The notes under the pieces are model-generated. The model ran no database searches, was not told the origin of the DNA, and saw nothing but the letters and a program-made list of their open reading frames with translations. From Rickettsiales bacterium (GTDB lineage Bacteria > Pseudomonadota > Alphaproteobacteria > Methylaequorales > Methylaequoraceae), in NCBI GenBank assembly GCA_002690595.1, contig NZFI01000057.1:1-39183 (forward strand): a stretch of 39,183 nt of DNA, written 5' to 3'. A program made the position numbers and the translations under genes. This document shows, piece by piece, positions 19,851 to 28,836 of the stretch. Position 1 is the first letter of the stretch. The number at the start of each line of letters is the position of its first letter.

Positions 19851-20840
19851 TTAAAAAAAATTATCATTCATCCAATATACAGCATCTTTTATAGCACTTT
19901 TTACGTTCCTAGGTCTATAACCTAGTTTCTTTTTTGCTTTATCAGAAGAAAAAAACATTTTTTTCTCAGACATCTTGAGACTTTCAATTGTTAAAGTTGG
20001 CTTATAGTTATTTAACAAAAAGGCTATGGACTGATTTAAGATGGCCAGTGGATAAAGAGGATTCGTCAAAACTTTGAATTTTACTCTTGGAACATTTCCA
20101 TATTCTGATACCAAATCTAAAAATTCTTTTAGCATCATATTTTCTCCTCCTAAAATATATCTTTCTCCTATTTGTCCTAATTCCATAGCTTGAAAATGTC
20201 CAATAGCTACATCATCAACATGAACAAAGTTAAGGCCAGTACTAACATAAGCAGGCATTTTTTTTTTCAACATTTGAAGAATAATATTTCCTGTAGGGGT
20301 TGGTTTAATATCTCCCGGTCCAATTGGAGTTGATGGATTTACAATTAAACAGTTTAAAGATTTATTTTTTATATATTCATATACAATTTTTTCAGCTAAG
20401 TATTTAGATTTTTTATAATCACCCACCATATCAGAAAATTTTACTGGTGTACTTTCATTAGCCTCCTTATCTTTTAGTATACCAAGTGTTGCAACACTAG
20501 AGGTAAAAACTAATCTATGATTTTTAATTTTAGAGACTACATCTAATAAATTTTCTGTTCCAAAAACATTTGATTCATATATCTCTGATGGTTTTCGTGC
20601 CCAAAGCCTATAGTCTGCTGCTGAATGAATAAAACTATCACATCCATTTGAAGCGTTCAAAATTGATTCTTTACTTCTAAGATCACCTCTAATTATTTCA
20701 ATATTAAGATTTTTTAAGTTTGATAAATCAGAGTCTTCTCTTACAAAAGCTCTTACTTTATATTTCTTCTTTAGAGCAACCCTTGATAATGCTGAACCAA
20801 GAAATCCATTTGCACCTGTTATTAAAATTTTTTTTGGCAT
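19851..20840 (-). CDS. hpnA: Hopanoid-associated NAD-dependent sugar epimerase/SDR HpnA
   Basis: Rossmann motif ILITGANGFLGS and the HpnA-typical HSAADYRLWA. The catalytic YxxxK is YKKSK. Confidence 0.8.
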   Translation of the reverse strand: MPKKILITGANGFLGSALSRVALKKKYKVRAFVREDSDLSNLKNLNIEIIRGDLRSKESILNASNGCDSFIHSAADYRLWARKPSEIYESNVFGTENLLDVVSKIKNHRLVFTSSVATLGILKDKEANESTPVKFSDMVGDYKKSKYLAEKIVYEYIKNKSLNCLIVNPSTPIGPGDIKPTPTGNIILQMLKKKMPAYVSTGLNFVHVDDVAIGHFQAMELGQIGERYILGGENMMLKEFLDLVSEYGNVPRVKFKVLTNPLYPLAILNQSIAFLLNNYKPTLTIESLKMSEKKMFFSSDKAKKKLGYRPRNVKSAIKDAVYWMNDNFF

Positions 20841-20882
20841 ATAATAAAAATACTAAAGATTTAAAATGAAAAATTAAACTAA

Positions 20883-21518
20883 ATGAAAATATCAATTAAT
20901 AAAAAATATAGTTTTTTTTTAATATTTAAAGATAAAGTTAAAATTAATTTAACTTTTTTTTTAATTGTCTTTTTTTTTACTGAAATTCACTCTTCAGAAA
21001 TACCTAAAAATAAGGTTTCTAACTTTCACGACGTTTTAATAAAAGTTAACTCTTTAGAAAAAAGTTTTGTAGATAGGCTTGAAATAATCAAAAAAGAAAT
21101 AAATCAGACCTTTAATTACAAAAGAATGATGCAATTCATTTATGGAAGAAAATGGAATAAACTAGAATCAAATCAAAAAGATATCATTTCAGAAACTTTT
21201 CTTAATTTTATTTCTGCTACTTATACTAAAAGATTCCATATGATTGATGGGCTAAATTTTGAATATTTAGAATCAAAAAAGACGGATGATGGAATGATTT
21301 TAGTTAATACAAATTTACTAATACCAAATGAAGATTCAGTAAAATTTAAGTATGTTTTTATAAACGAAGAAGATGACTGGAAAATACTTGATATACTTAT
21401 TAATGGGACAATTAGTGAGATTGCTACAAAAAAATCAGAATATAGCAAAATCATTAAATCTGAAGGAGTAGATGGTTTAATTAAAAAATTATCAGAAAAA
21501 ACTAATAACTTAAATTAA
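20883..21518 (+). CDS. hpnM: Hopanoid-associated MlaC/Ttg2D-family lipid-binding protein (HpnM-like)
   Basis: N-terminal hydrophobic signal/anchor. MlaC-like pattern: MMQFIYGRKWNKLESNQKD..F..F...Y...F, DWKILDILINGTISEIATKKSEY. Confidence 0.65.
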   Translation: MKISINKKYSFFLIFKDKVKINLTFFLIVFFFTEIHSSEIPKNKVSNFHDVLIKVNSLEKSFVDRLEIIKKEINQTFNYKRMMQFIYGRKWNKLESNQKDIISETFLNFISATYTKRFHMIDGLNFEYLESKKTDDGMILVNTNLLIPNEDSVKFKYVFINEEDDWKILDILINGTISEIATKKSEYSKIIKSEGVDGLIKKLSEKTNNLN

Positions 21519-22342
21519 TCATTTTTTCTAATAAGCAATTCTCCTAAACCAAAATTAATTCTGTTACCAATATATTTTTCAAAAACAAAAAAATTTAGTT
21601 TTTTATCAATTTTATTTTTTATTAAATAATTTGATAATATCGAAAAAAAATTAATTTCTTGAACTCCACAACAAACAAATGATTCATCTATTTTTTTGGG
21701 CTTTTCTGATAATATTATTGTTCCCCTCTTCATTCCAATACAAAAAGAATTATTAATTTTCCTATGAATGATAATAGTTCCTGCAATCAAATTATTTGCA
21801 CAAAAATCACCTACATTTTTTCTCACAATAATTAAACCTCTTCTCATATACTGGCCAAGATAATTTTTAGCACTTCCATCAATACATATTACTCCACCGT
21901 TCATTCCTATTTTTTCACCATAAATAGCAGAACCAGCGTAGTCTCCTGCATTATTCCTTACAAATATTTTTCCACCTCTCATCTGACAGCCAAGAAAATT
22001 ATTACACGATCCATTAAGATTAACTACACCACTTTTCATTTTAAAACCTAAAAAAGAACCAACATCTCCATTAATTTCTAAATAATCGTCCTTCCATTCA
22101 GAACCTATATTTTGAAAAAAATTATTAGCACTTTTTATTAAAACTTTTCTATTTTTGATATTTTTATTTTCTTTAATCATAACATTAAACATTGAACCTA
22201 ATCTCTTTTTTTGTGAACCATAATTTAGTTCAATTGAATTTATATAATTTAGAGAAAATGGTTTTAGATTAATTTTTGAAAAATTTTTAAAATCAATATC
22301 TTTTTTAATATCTATTTTTGGCTTTAAAATTAAAAAATTCAT
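21515..22342 (-). CDS. fhcC: Formyltransferase/hydrolase complex subunit C (FwdC/FhcC family)
   Basis: Repeated G-x-x-G beta-helix units (GDVGSFLG, GVVNLNGSCNNFLG, GGKIFVRNNAGDYAG, GGVICIDGSAKNYLG, GLIIVRKNVGDF) typical of FwdC/GltB-C-terminal domains. Confidence 0.85.
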   Translation of the reverse strand: MNFLILKPKIDIKKDIDFKNFSKINLKPFSLNYINSIELNYGSQKKRLGSMFNVMIKENKNIKNRKVLIKSANNFFQNIGSEWKDDYLEINGDVGSFLGFKMKSGVVNLNGSCNNFLGCQMRGGKIFVRNNAGDYAGSAIYGEKIGMNGGVICIDGSAKNYLGQYMRRGLIIVRKNVGDFCANNLIAGTIIIHRKINNSFCIGMKRGTIILSEKPKKIDESFVCCGVQEINFFSILSNYLIKNKIDKKLNFFVFEKYIGNRINFGLGELLIRKND

Positions 22343-23235
22343 TTAATAACCTTTTTTAAGTGAAAATGATATGGACCTAGTTTACCTCCGTAATTTCCTG
22401 CTGAAATAGCTTTAACCCCAGAAGATTTTCCCAGATTGATAATTGATTTTATTCCAACTTTTATGGCTAAACTTATATCCTCTTCAGTAATACCATCAAT
22501 CACAATTTCTAAAACAGACATTACGTCAGATTTTAATTTTGTTTTCACTAGACCTTTAATTGATGGGCAATATTCAAAATTTGTTGAAGCTATAAGTGCT
22601 TTATACTTTGATCCTACTTTAGAACCAGATCGAACAACACCACCAGGAAATGGTAAAATAACATTGGGAATACTATTTATAGCCTTGACTGCAACTTCGG
22701 AGGCCCTCAATGCATCTTTATTTGATTTAGCTAGAATTAGAAAATTACCCCCACCAATACCTGACATCTGATAAGCAAAATCTTCACAAATAAATTCGCC
22801 ATCCATAACAGGGATTCTCCAAAATCTGTCTTCATCAATTTTTTTTGATATTTGATAACCATCACCAAAAAACCTTAATGAACTCCCAAGTTTTATTTTT
22901 ACCGAACTCTTATTTCCAGAAAATAATGCAGATGATGGTGAAGTCATAACACATTGACCAGCTCTAGTTAATACTTGCTTAGAAAGTTCTTTTGAAGACA
23001 TTGAGAATATTAAAATAGACACTCCTGGTCTATTATCTGGTGTATCTTTAATACTCATTTTTTTTTCTATTCCAGCTTCACAGCCACAAGCAATAACAGA
23101 TGTAGCAAAACCTGTAAATGCTATTGCTGCATTCATAGCCCATTTTAGATTTTCAGCTGTTATAATTAATCTTGTACATTTCATTGGAAATGCTTCAGCA
23201 AAAGTATCCCATATTTCAATATTATTAATTCGCAT
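22339..23235 (-). CDS. fhcD: Formylmethanofuran:H4MPT N-formyltransferase (Ftr/FhcD)
   Basis: N-terminus DTFAEAFPMKCTRLIITA...KWA..AA...TGFATSVIACGCEAGIE is characteristic of Ftr. Confidence 0.9.
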   Translation of the reverse strand: MRINNIEIWDTFAEAFPMKCTRLIITAENLKWAMNAAIAFTGFATSVIACGCEAGIEKKMSIKDTPDNRPGVSILIFSMSSKELSKQVLTRAGQCVMTSPSSALFSGNKSSVKIKLGSSLRFFGDGYQISKKIDEDRFWRIPVMDGEFICEDFAYQMSGIGGGNFLILAKSNKDALRASEVAVKAINSIPNVILPFPGGVVRSGSKVGSKYKALIASTNFEYCPSIKGLVKTKLKSDVMSVLEIVIDGITEEDISLAIKVGIKSIINLGKSSGVKAISAGNYGGKLGPYHFHLKKVIK

Positions 23236-23238
23236 AAT

Positions 23239-24405
23239 TTAATTTCCTAAAGATAAAAATATATCTTTAATACTTGGATATTTTGAATCTTTAAGTTTAT
23301 TTAATTTTATTACACAAGCTCCATCACCTCTAACTATTAAACCATCAGAATCTATTCCAGGTGTTGAAACGGGAATATAAACATCAAATTTTTCTCTATT
23401 TAAAATATTTGGATTGCCAATAAAAATATTTTTTTTAAAAAAATTTATTTTTGGTTTTAAGTCAAAACAAGAAATATAAAATTGTAATTCTTTAGAATGC
23501 TTAAATGAATTACTATTATATTCCTCTGGGTTGTAAATGGGACCATCATCAGTAAAATTAACTCTTAATGGAAAGCCAGTTTTCCACAATGAAGTTTGTA
23601 TAGCCCCTGCTGAATTACTCCCTCCTCCCAAAGGCAAAATACTAAATTTATAATTTCTACTTAAGATATTAACTAAATTAAGAATTGATTGATTTAAAAC
23701 TTTATTTATCGTTCCAGCCTCAAAAACTATAACTCCATATTTAGATTTAACTATGTCAGATATTATTAATGTATTTTTTTTCTTAAAATTCTCATAACTA
23801 TTTTGCTTATTATTTTCTTCAAAGAAATTGCTTAGCATATTGATTTTTTTATATATAGAACTCTCTTCATGAAAATTTAATTTTTTTTTTTTATCTTTAA
23901 AAGTACTATCAATAAAATATATTTTCTTCTTTTCCTTTGAGTTTCTGATCAAACTAACTAATTTAGAATTTTTCAATTCTTCACGCAATCCAACAAAAAT
24001 TATAAGATCAGCTCTATTTTTTACTTCTCCATAAGAAGATAGACTTGCACCATTTCTTTGAAAACATGAAAAAAAATTTGCAATATTTTCACCATACATA
24101 TGATCAATTGAGGCATTTTTAAGCTCTGCAAAATCAAATAATCTATTCATTGATTCCAAATCGCAACTAAGTCCGTCTATATGAATGCCATTATTTAGAT
24201 AAACTAATTTTTTTATTTCTTTTATTGCTTCATTTAAATTAACATTTTTACCTTTTATCATTGGTTGAATATTATCAGTTAAATTATCAATATTAGTTTT
24301 TAACTTTTCACAAATATTAGTTTTTTTTTCAAAAACATATTTAAGTTTAGAAGACTCACAACCAAAATGACAAAAAGGGCAAACAAAATTCTTGTTAAGT
24401 TTCAT
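23239..24405 (-). CDS. fhcB: Formyltransferase/hydrolase complex subunit B (FwdB/FhcB family)
   Basis: FwdB-like N-terminus VCPFCHFGCE, 388 aa. It sits directly upstream of fhcD with a 3-nt gap. Confidence 0.8.
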   Translation of the reverse strand: MKLNKNFVCPFCHFGCESSKLKYVFEKKTNICEKLKTNIDNLTDNIQPMIKGKNVNLNEAIKEIKKLVYLNNGIHIDGLSCDLESMNRLFDFAELKNASIDHMYGENIANFFSCFQRNGASLSSYGEVKNRADLIIFVGLREELKNSKLVSLIRNSKEKKKIYFIDSTFKDKKKKLNFHEESSIYKKINMLSNFFEENNKQNSYENFKKKNTLIISDIVKSKYGVIVFEAGTINKVLNQSILNLVNILSRNYKFSILPLGGGSNSAGAIQTSLWKTGFPLRVNFTDDGPIYNPEEYNSNSFKHSKELQFYISCFDLKPKINFFKKNIFIGNPNILNREKFDVYIPVSTPGIDSDGLIVRGDGACVIKLNKLKDSKYPSIKDIFLSLGN

Positions 24406-24421
24406 TATTCATACATAAATA

Positions 24422-24796
24422 TCATGAGTTTTTAATATAGGAAAACCTAGGGTCTTCTGGAGTTCCTTCAAGATAATCATTATTTTTTTTTGGATTCCAC
24501 AAAATAACTTCTTCAATTTTTTTTGCAAGTTCAAAGTCAAGATCAGTTATTCCTTTGTGTGAATGTGTCATTAATTTAACCTCAACAAAAGCATAAGAAA
24601 CAACTAAATCTGGATGATGCCAAGCAACTTCAGCTAGATGTCCTATGGTATTAACGACTATTAGAGTTGATTTCCAACTATGGGTTTTAAAAGTTTTTCT
24701 TAACCATTTGCCATCATAATTCCAATCTTTTAAAAGCTCATTAATTTTTTCTTTTATCTCATTTTCGTTATAAACTTTAATATCTTTCTTAACCAT
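24422..24796 (-). CDS. Pterin-4a-carbinolamine dehydratase (PCD/DCoH)-like protein
   Basis: PCD signature AEVAWHHPDL...V.L.THS..GITDLDFELAKKIE. It carries a C-terminal extension of about 25 aa. Confidence 0.7.
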   Translation of the reverse strand: MVKKDIKVYNENEIKEKINELLKDWNYDGKWLRKTFKTHSWKSTLIVVNTIGHLAEVAWHHPDLVVSYAFVEVKLMTHSHKGITDLDFELAKKIEEVILWNPKKNNDYLEGTPEDPRFSYIKNS

Positions 24797-24896
24797 ATAT
24801 TACCACCTACATTTTTATTTTTTTTTAAATTAAACTATCTTTATAATAATAATACAATAACGTCATTTTTAAGTAATTAAAAAATGTATTAAACTT

Positions 24897-25844
24897 ATGA
24901 AAAAAATTTTTTTAAACTCTCCTGCAAGAATTCATCTAGGGTTTTTAGAATTAGACCCTAGATCAAATAGGAATTTTGGAAGTTTAGGCCTCGCAATAAA
25001 TAGCTTCCCAACCATTATTGAAGGAAATTTATTTACTAAAAATATAATTAATAAAGAAAAAGAAAAATTTAATGAAATAATTACTAATATTAATAGTAGA
25101 TATGAAATTCAGCCGTGTAAAATAAAAATTAACAAATCAAGCCCAGAGCACTCAGGTCTTGGTTCAGGGACCCAATTAGCATTGTCAATTGGAATAATAC
25201 TAACAAAACTGTCACAAAAAAAAATTTCGGTGAATCAGGTTGCTAAAATTCTCGAAAGAGGTAAAAGATCTGGTATTGGAATTAACTGTTTTAAAAAAGG
25301 TGGATTTATTATTGATAGTGGAAAAATTAAAGGTAAAAATAACGTACCTTCCATTATATTTCATAATAAATGGCCAAAAAATTGGAAGTTAATACTGATT
25401 ATTGATAATAATGCAAAAAAAATATTTGGCAAAAGAGAGTCAGAAAAATTTAAAAAATTAAATAAAGTAAAATCTAATTTCTCTTCTCAAAACTGTAAAT
25501 CTGTTTTAATGAAAATTATGCCATCAATAATAGAAAAAAACTTTGCTGATTTTTGTTCTGGAATACAAGAAATACAAGAAAATACTGGACATGCGTTTGC
25601 TGAATTTCAAGGGGGTATGTACTCAAGTAAAAATGTTAGGAAAATTTTTAATGAACTTGAAAAAATGGGTATCAAAGGTTATGGTCAAAGCTCATGGGGA
25701 CCAACTGGTTTTGTTTTATGTGAAAATGCTTTAGAACAAATATCATTAATTAAAGAAATTAAGAAAATTTTGAAAAAGAATTCAATTAAAAACATAAATC
25801 TTTTAAAAACAGAAGGAAGAAATTATGGCTATAAATTTGGATAG
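24897..25844 (+). CDS. mptG: Beta-ribofuranosylaminobenzene 5'-phosphate synthase (GHMP-kinase fold, MptG family)
   Basis: PARIHLGF N-terminus and the GHMP motif PEHSGLGSGTQLALS. Lies in H4MPT gene context. Confidence 0.75.
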   Translation: MKKIFLNSPARIHLGFLELDPRSNRNFGSLGLAINSFPTIIEGNLFTKNIINKEKEKFNEIITNINSRYEIQPCKIKINKSSPEHSGLGSGTQLALSIGIILTKLSQKKISVNQVAKILERGKRSGIGINCFKKGGFIIDSGKIKGKNNVPSIIFHNKWPKNWKLILIIDNNAKKIFGKRESEKFKKLNKVKSNFSSQNCKSVLMKIMPSIIEKNFADFCSGIQEIQENTGHAFAEFQGGMYSSKNVRKIFNELEKMGIKGYGQSSWGPTGFVLCENALEQISLIKEIKKILKKNSIKNINLLKTEGRNYGYKFG

Positions 25845-25859
25845 GAGAGAATTAAGTTA

Positions 25860-26756
25860 ATGACGAAAAAAAATATTTTACATATGCTAAGCCCTCAAGG
25901 AAATGTTAGCCCTTTTGATGTTAATATGGCATGCGATGCAGGTTATGATTTGGTTATTCCATATACAAATGTAAATTTAACGGACATAAAAAGTTTAATT
26001 CAAGATGCAATCTTTTCTCGATCATTGTCCAACGCAAAAAAAACAGGTATTTTTATTTGTGGAAAAGATGCATCCCTTGCTTTAGACATGCTTGATATGG
26101 CAAAAAAATCAATGGTTCCACCATTTGAAATCTCTGTTTTTCCTGACCCCGCTGGATCTTTCACTACTGCTGCAGCCATGGTAGCATGTACAGAAAAAAC
26201 CTTAAAAGAAAAATTCAATACTAATTTAAAAGATAAAAATATAGTTATTTACGGTGGAAAAGGTATTGTTGGAGGAATTTCATCAATAATGTGCAGCAAA
26301 GAAGGTGCAAAATGTACTATAGTTGGGTATGATGGAATTGAAAATGTAACAAAAAAATCACAAGAATATAAGAATAGATATGGAGTGAATGTAATTCCCG
26401 GGGATGGCTCAAGCGATTTATTAAATGCCAGTTTTCTTCCTGATGCAGATATTATTTTTTGTGCAGCTCGAGCAGGAACTCAAGTAATTAGTTTAGAGCA
26501 AATGAAACTAACTAAAGATTTAAAAGTTATTGCGGATGTTAATGCTGTCCCTCCCGCTGGTATAGAAGGAGTGTCGATTGATGATAATGATAATGAACAT
26601 CCATGTGGTGCTTTATCTATTGGACCATTAACTTCGGGTGACATAAAAGTGAAAACACAATATAAAATGTTTGAAGATATGTGTAATTCTGATGTGCCAC
26701 TATATTTAAATTTTGATAAAGCTCTTAATACAGCTAGAGAAATTTTAGGATTATAA
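25860..26756 (+). CDS. mtdB: NAD(P)-dependent methylene-H4MPT dehydrogenase (MtdA/MtdB family)
   Basis: Collinear with the MtdA/MtdB family as I recall it: N-terminal SPFDVNMA..AGYD, D.AGSFTTAAA, Rossmann GGKGIVGG, ADVNAVPP.GIEG. I prefer MtdB because of the H4MPT context, but MtdA cannot be excluded. Confidence 0.8.
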   Translation: MTKKNILHMLSPQGNVSPFDVNMACDAGYDLVIPYTNVNLTDIKSLIQDAIFSRSLSNAKKTGIFICGKDASLALDMLDMAKKSMVPPFEISVFPDPAGSFTTAAAMVACTEKTLKEKFNTNLKDKNIVIYGGKGIVGGISSIMCSKEGAKCTIVGYDGIENVTKKSQEYKNRYGVNVIPGDGSSDLLNASFLPDADIIFCAARAGTQVISLEQMKLTKDLKVIADVNAVPPAGIEGVSIDDNDNEHPCGALSIGPLTSGDIKVKTQYKMFEDMCNSDVPLYLNFDKALNTAREILGL

Positions 26757-27859
26757 AAAATAAATACTTAAAAAATAAAGATATTATTATCATCTCTAGT
26801 TCTTGCGAAGATCTTGCTTGGGCACTAAAGAAATGTGGATATAGAATTTTTTCAATTTCCTTATACCAAAGTTCTAAATTAAAGAAGATATGCGAGAAAT
26901 GTTTTCTAATAGAAAGTTTTGATCAGGAGTTTATATACAAAATTATTGAGAAAATTGATCCCTTAAGAAAAAAAAAAGTTCTCATAGGTTCTGGTATTGC
27001 AGAAAGAATTTTAGACTATGATTTTATTTCCAACAGAAAAAATTTAGGTAATAATATTGAAACACTTAAAAAAATTAATAGTGTGGAAAGACTATATAAA
27101 ACTTTTGAGAATAAAAATATTCCTCATCCACAATTGAGTTTATCGTTGCCTAAAAAAAAATCAGATTGGTTATTTAAAGATACACGTTCTGTGGGAGGAA
27201 TTTTAGTTAAAAAATTAGATGAGAATTTTAAAAAAAAATTTATTAAAAAAAATACCTTTTTTCAGAAAATTATAGAAGGTCGTATTATTTCAGTTCAATT
27301 TTTTTCAAATAAGTATAATTTTAATATTTATTCTGTTTGCTCTCAATGGTTTAGTAAAACAGAAAAAATTCCTTTTCTTCTTGAAGGAATAGTAACAATA
27401 AAAGATCCTAAAGAATTAATTGAAAAAATTAGACCAATTATTGAAAAAATAGTAAGAGCAACAAACTTAAATGGATTAAATAGCATTGACTTTATTATTC
27501 ATAATAATGATTACGATAACATTAAGGTGATAGATATTAATGCTCGCCCAGGTTTATCAATAAATTTTTTATCAAAAATATACAAGGAAAAATTATTTAG
27601 TAAAAATACCTCCTTTATTAAAACAGATTTTTATTATTCAACAGCAATAGTTTACTGTAATAAAAAAAAAATCTTTGATTCTAAAAACATAAAAAGGTTT
27701 AATAAAATTTCAACATCAAAGAATTTCTCAGAGTTACCAAATAGAAATATTTTGATGTCAAAGTCAGAACCTTTATGTTTAGTTCATGCAAAATCCAAAA
27801 GTTTAAAGAGAGTAAAAAGTAAAATTAAAAAATTATCTGAAATTATAATAAAAATATAA
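26753..27859 (+). CDS. ATP-grasp protein of H4MPT-linked C1 gene clusters (COG2232-like); start codon non-canonical and unresolved
   Basis: The ORF track starts at GTG 27083. The frame is open from 26738 and encodes a coherent pre-ATP-grasp domain (DIIIISSSCEDLAWALKKCGYRIFSISLYQ...VLIGSGIAERIL). There is no in-frame ATG/GTG/TTG there. Candidate starts are ATA 26753 and ATT 26783. Confidence 0.7.
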   Translation: MKNKYLKNKDIIIISSSCEDLAWALKKCGYRIFSISLYQSSKLKKICEKCFLIESFDQEFIYKIIEKIDPLRKKKVLIGSGIAERILDYDFISNRKNLGNNIETLKKINSVERLYKTFENKNIPHPQLSLSLPKKKSDWLFKDTRSVGGILVKKLDENFKKKFIKKNTFFQKIIEGRIISVQFFSNKYNFNIYSVCSQWFSKTEKIPFLLEGIVTIKDPKELIEKIRPIIEKIVRATNLNGLNSIDFIIHNNDYDNIKVIDINARPGLSINFLSKIYKEKLFSKNTSFIKTDFYYSTAIVYCNKKKIFDSKNIKRFNKISTSKNFSELPNRNILMSKSEPLCLVHAKSKSLKRVKSKIKKLSEIIIKI

Positions 27860-27878
27860 ATTGACTAGGGGACGAAAA

Positions 27879-28835
27879 ATGACAGAGAAAGTTTTCAGTA
27901 TTAATAAAACAACAGAAAAACTTATTGATAATTTAATTAAGAATAAAGAAAAATTTAGACTGCAGGTTTATAAAGGTAAATTGAATTGTACAATAATTGA
28001 TGCAGGAATAAAAACAGACGGTAGTATAGAATCAGGAATTAAAATTTCTGAAATTTGCCTTGGAGGGTTGGGTAAAGTTGACATAGTTCTTAATAATATT
28101 TCATCTAAATCTAGATGGAGTGTGAATGTAAGATCAAGCAACCCTGTTTTAGCCTGTCTTGGTTGTCAATATGCTGGATGGAGTTTGCAACACAAAGATT
28201 TTTTTTCATTAGGTTCAGGACCTGGAAGATCATTAGCACAGAGAGAAAAAATTTTTAAAGAACTTAATTATATAGATAATCATAATAAAACTGCTCTAAT
28301 TTTAGAGGTAGATAAAGAACCTCCAATTGAAATTATAAAAAAAGTAAGCAAGGATTGTAATGTTGAAGAGTCTAAAATTATTTTTATTTTAACTCCTACA
28401 ACAAGTATGTCAGGAAATATTCAAATTGTTTCAAGAGTGTTAGAAGTAGCATTACATAAAGCTCATGAATTAAAATTTCCTCTTGAGAGAGTTGTTGATG
28501 GGATGGGCACTGCTCTTATACCTCCAATTGCAAAGGATATGATTACAGGCATGGGTAGAACTAATGATTCTATTATATATGGAGGAGAAGTTTTTTTATC
28601 TATTAAAGGACCTACTAATGACATAATTGAACTTGCTAAACAATTACCAAGCAGCAACTCCAAAGATTATGGCAAACCTTTTAAAAACATTTTTCAAGAT
28701 TATAAAGGGGACTTTTACAAAATAGATGGAATGCTTTTTAGCCCAGCTAAAATTATAATTAATGCACTTGAAACAGGTGAAACTTTTTGTTTTGGAAACA
28801 TTAATAAAGATTTAATAGAAAAATCTTTTTTTTGA
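27879..28835 (+). CDS. mch: Methenyl-H4MPT cyclohydrolase
   Basis: Mch-like sequence: IDAGIKTDGSIESGIKISEICLGGLGKV, ACLGCQYAGW, GSGPGR. I prefer ATG 27879, preceded by AGGGGA with a 6-nt spacer, over TTG 27861. Confidence 0.9.
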   Translation: MTEKVFSINKTTEKLIDNLIKNKEKFRLQVYKGKLNCTIIDAGIKTDGSIESGIKISEICLGGLGKVDIVLNNISSKSRWSVNVRSSNPVLACLGCQYAGWSLQHKDFFSLGSGPGRSLAQREKIFKELNYIDNHNKTALILEVDKEPPIEIIKKVSKDCNVEESKIIFILTPTTSMSGNIQIVSRVLEVALHKAHELKFPLERVVDGMGTALIPPIAKDMITGMGRTNDSIIYGGEVFLSIKGPTNDIIELAKQLPSSNSKDYGKPFKNIFQDYKGDFYKIDGMLFSPAKIIINALETGETFCFGNINKDLIEKSFF

Positions 28836-28836
28836 T

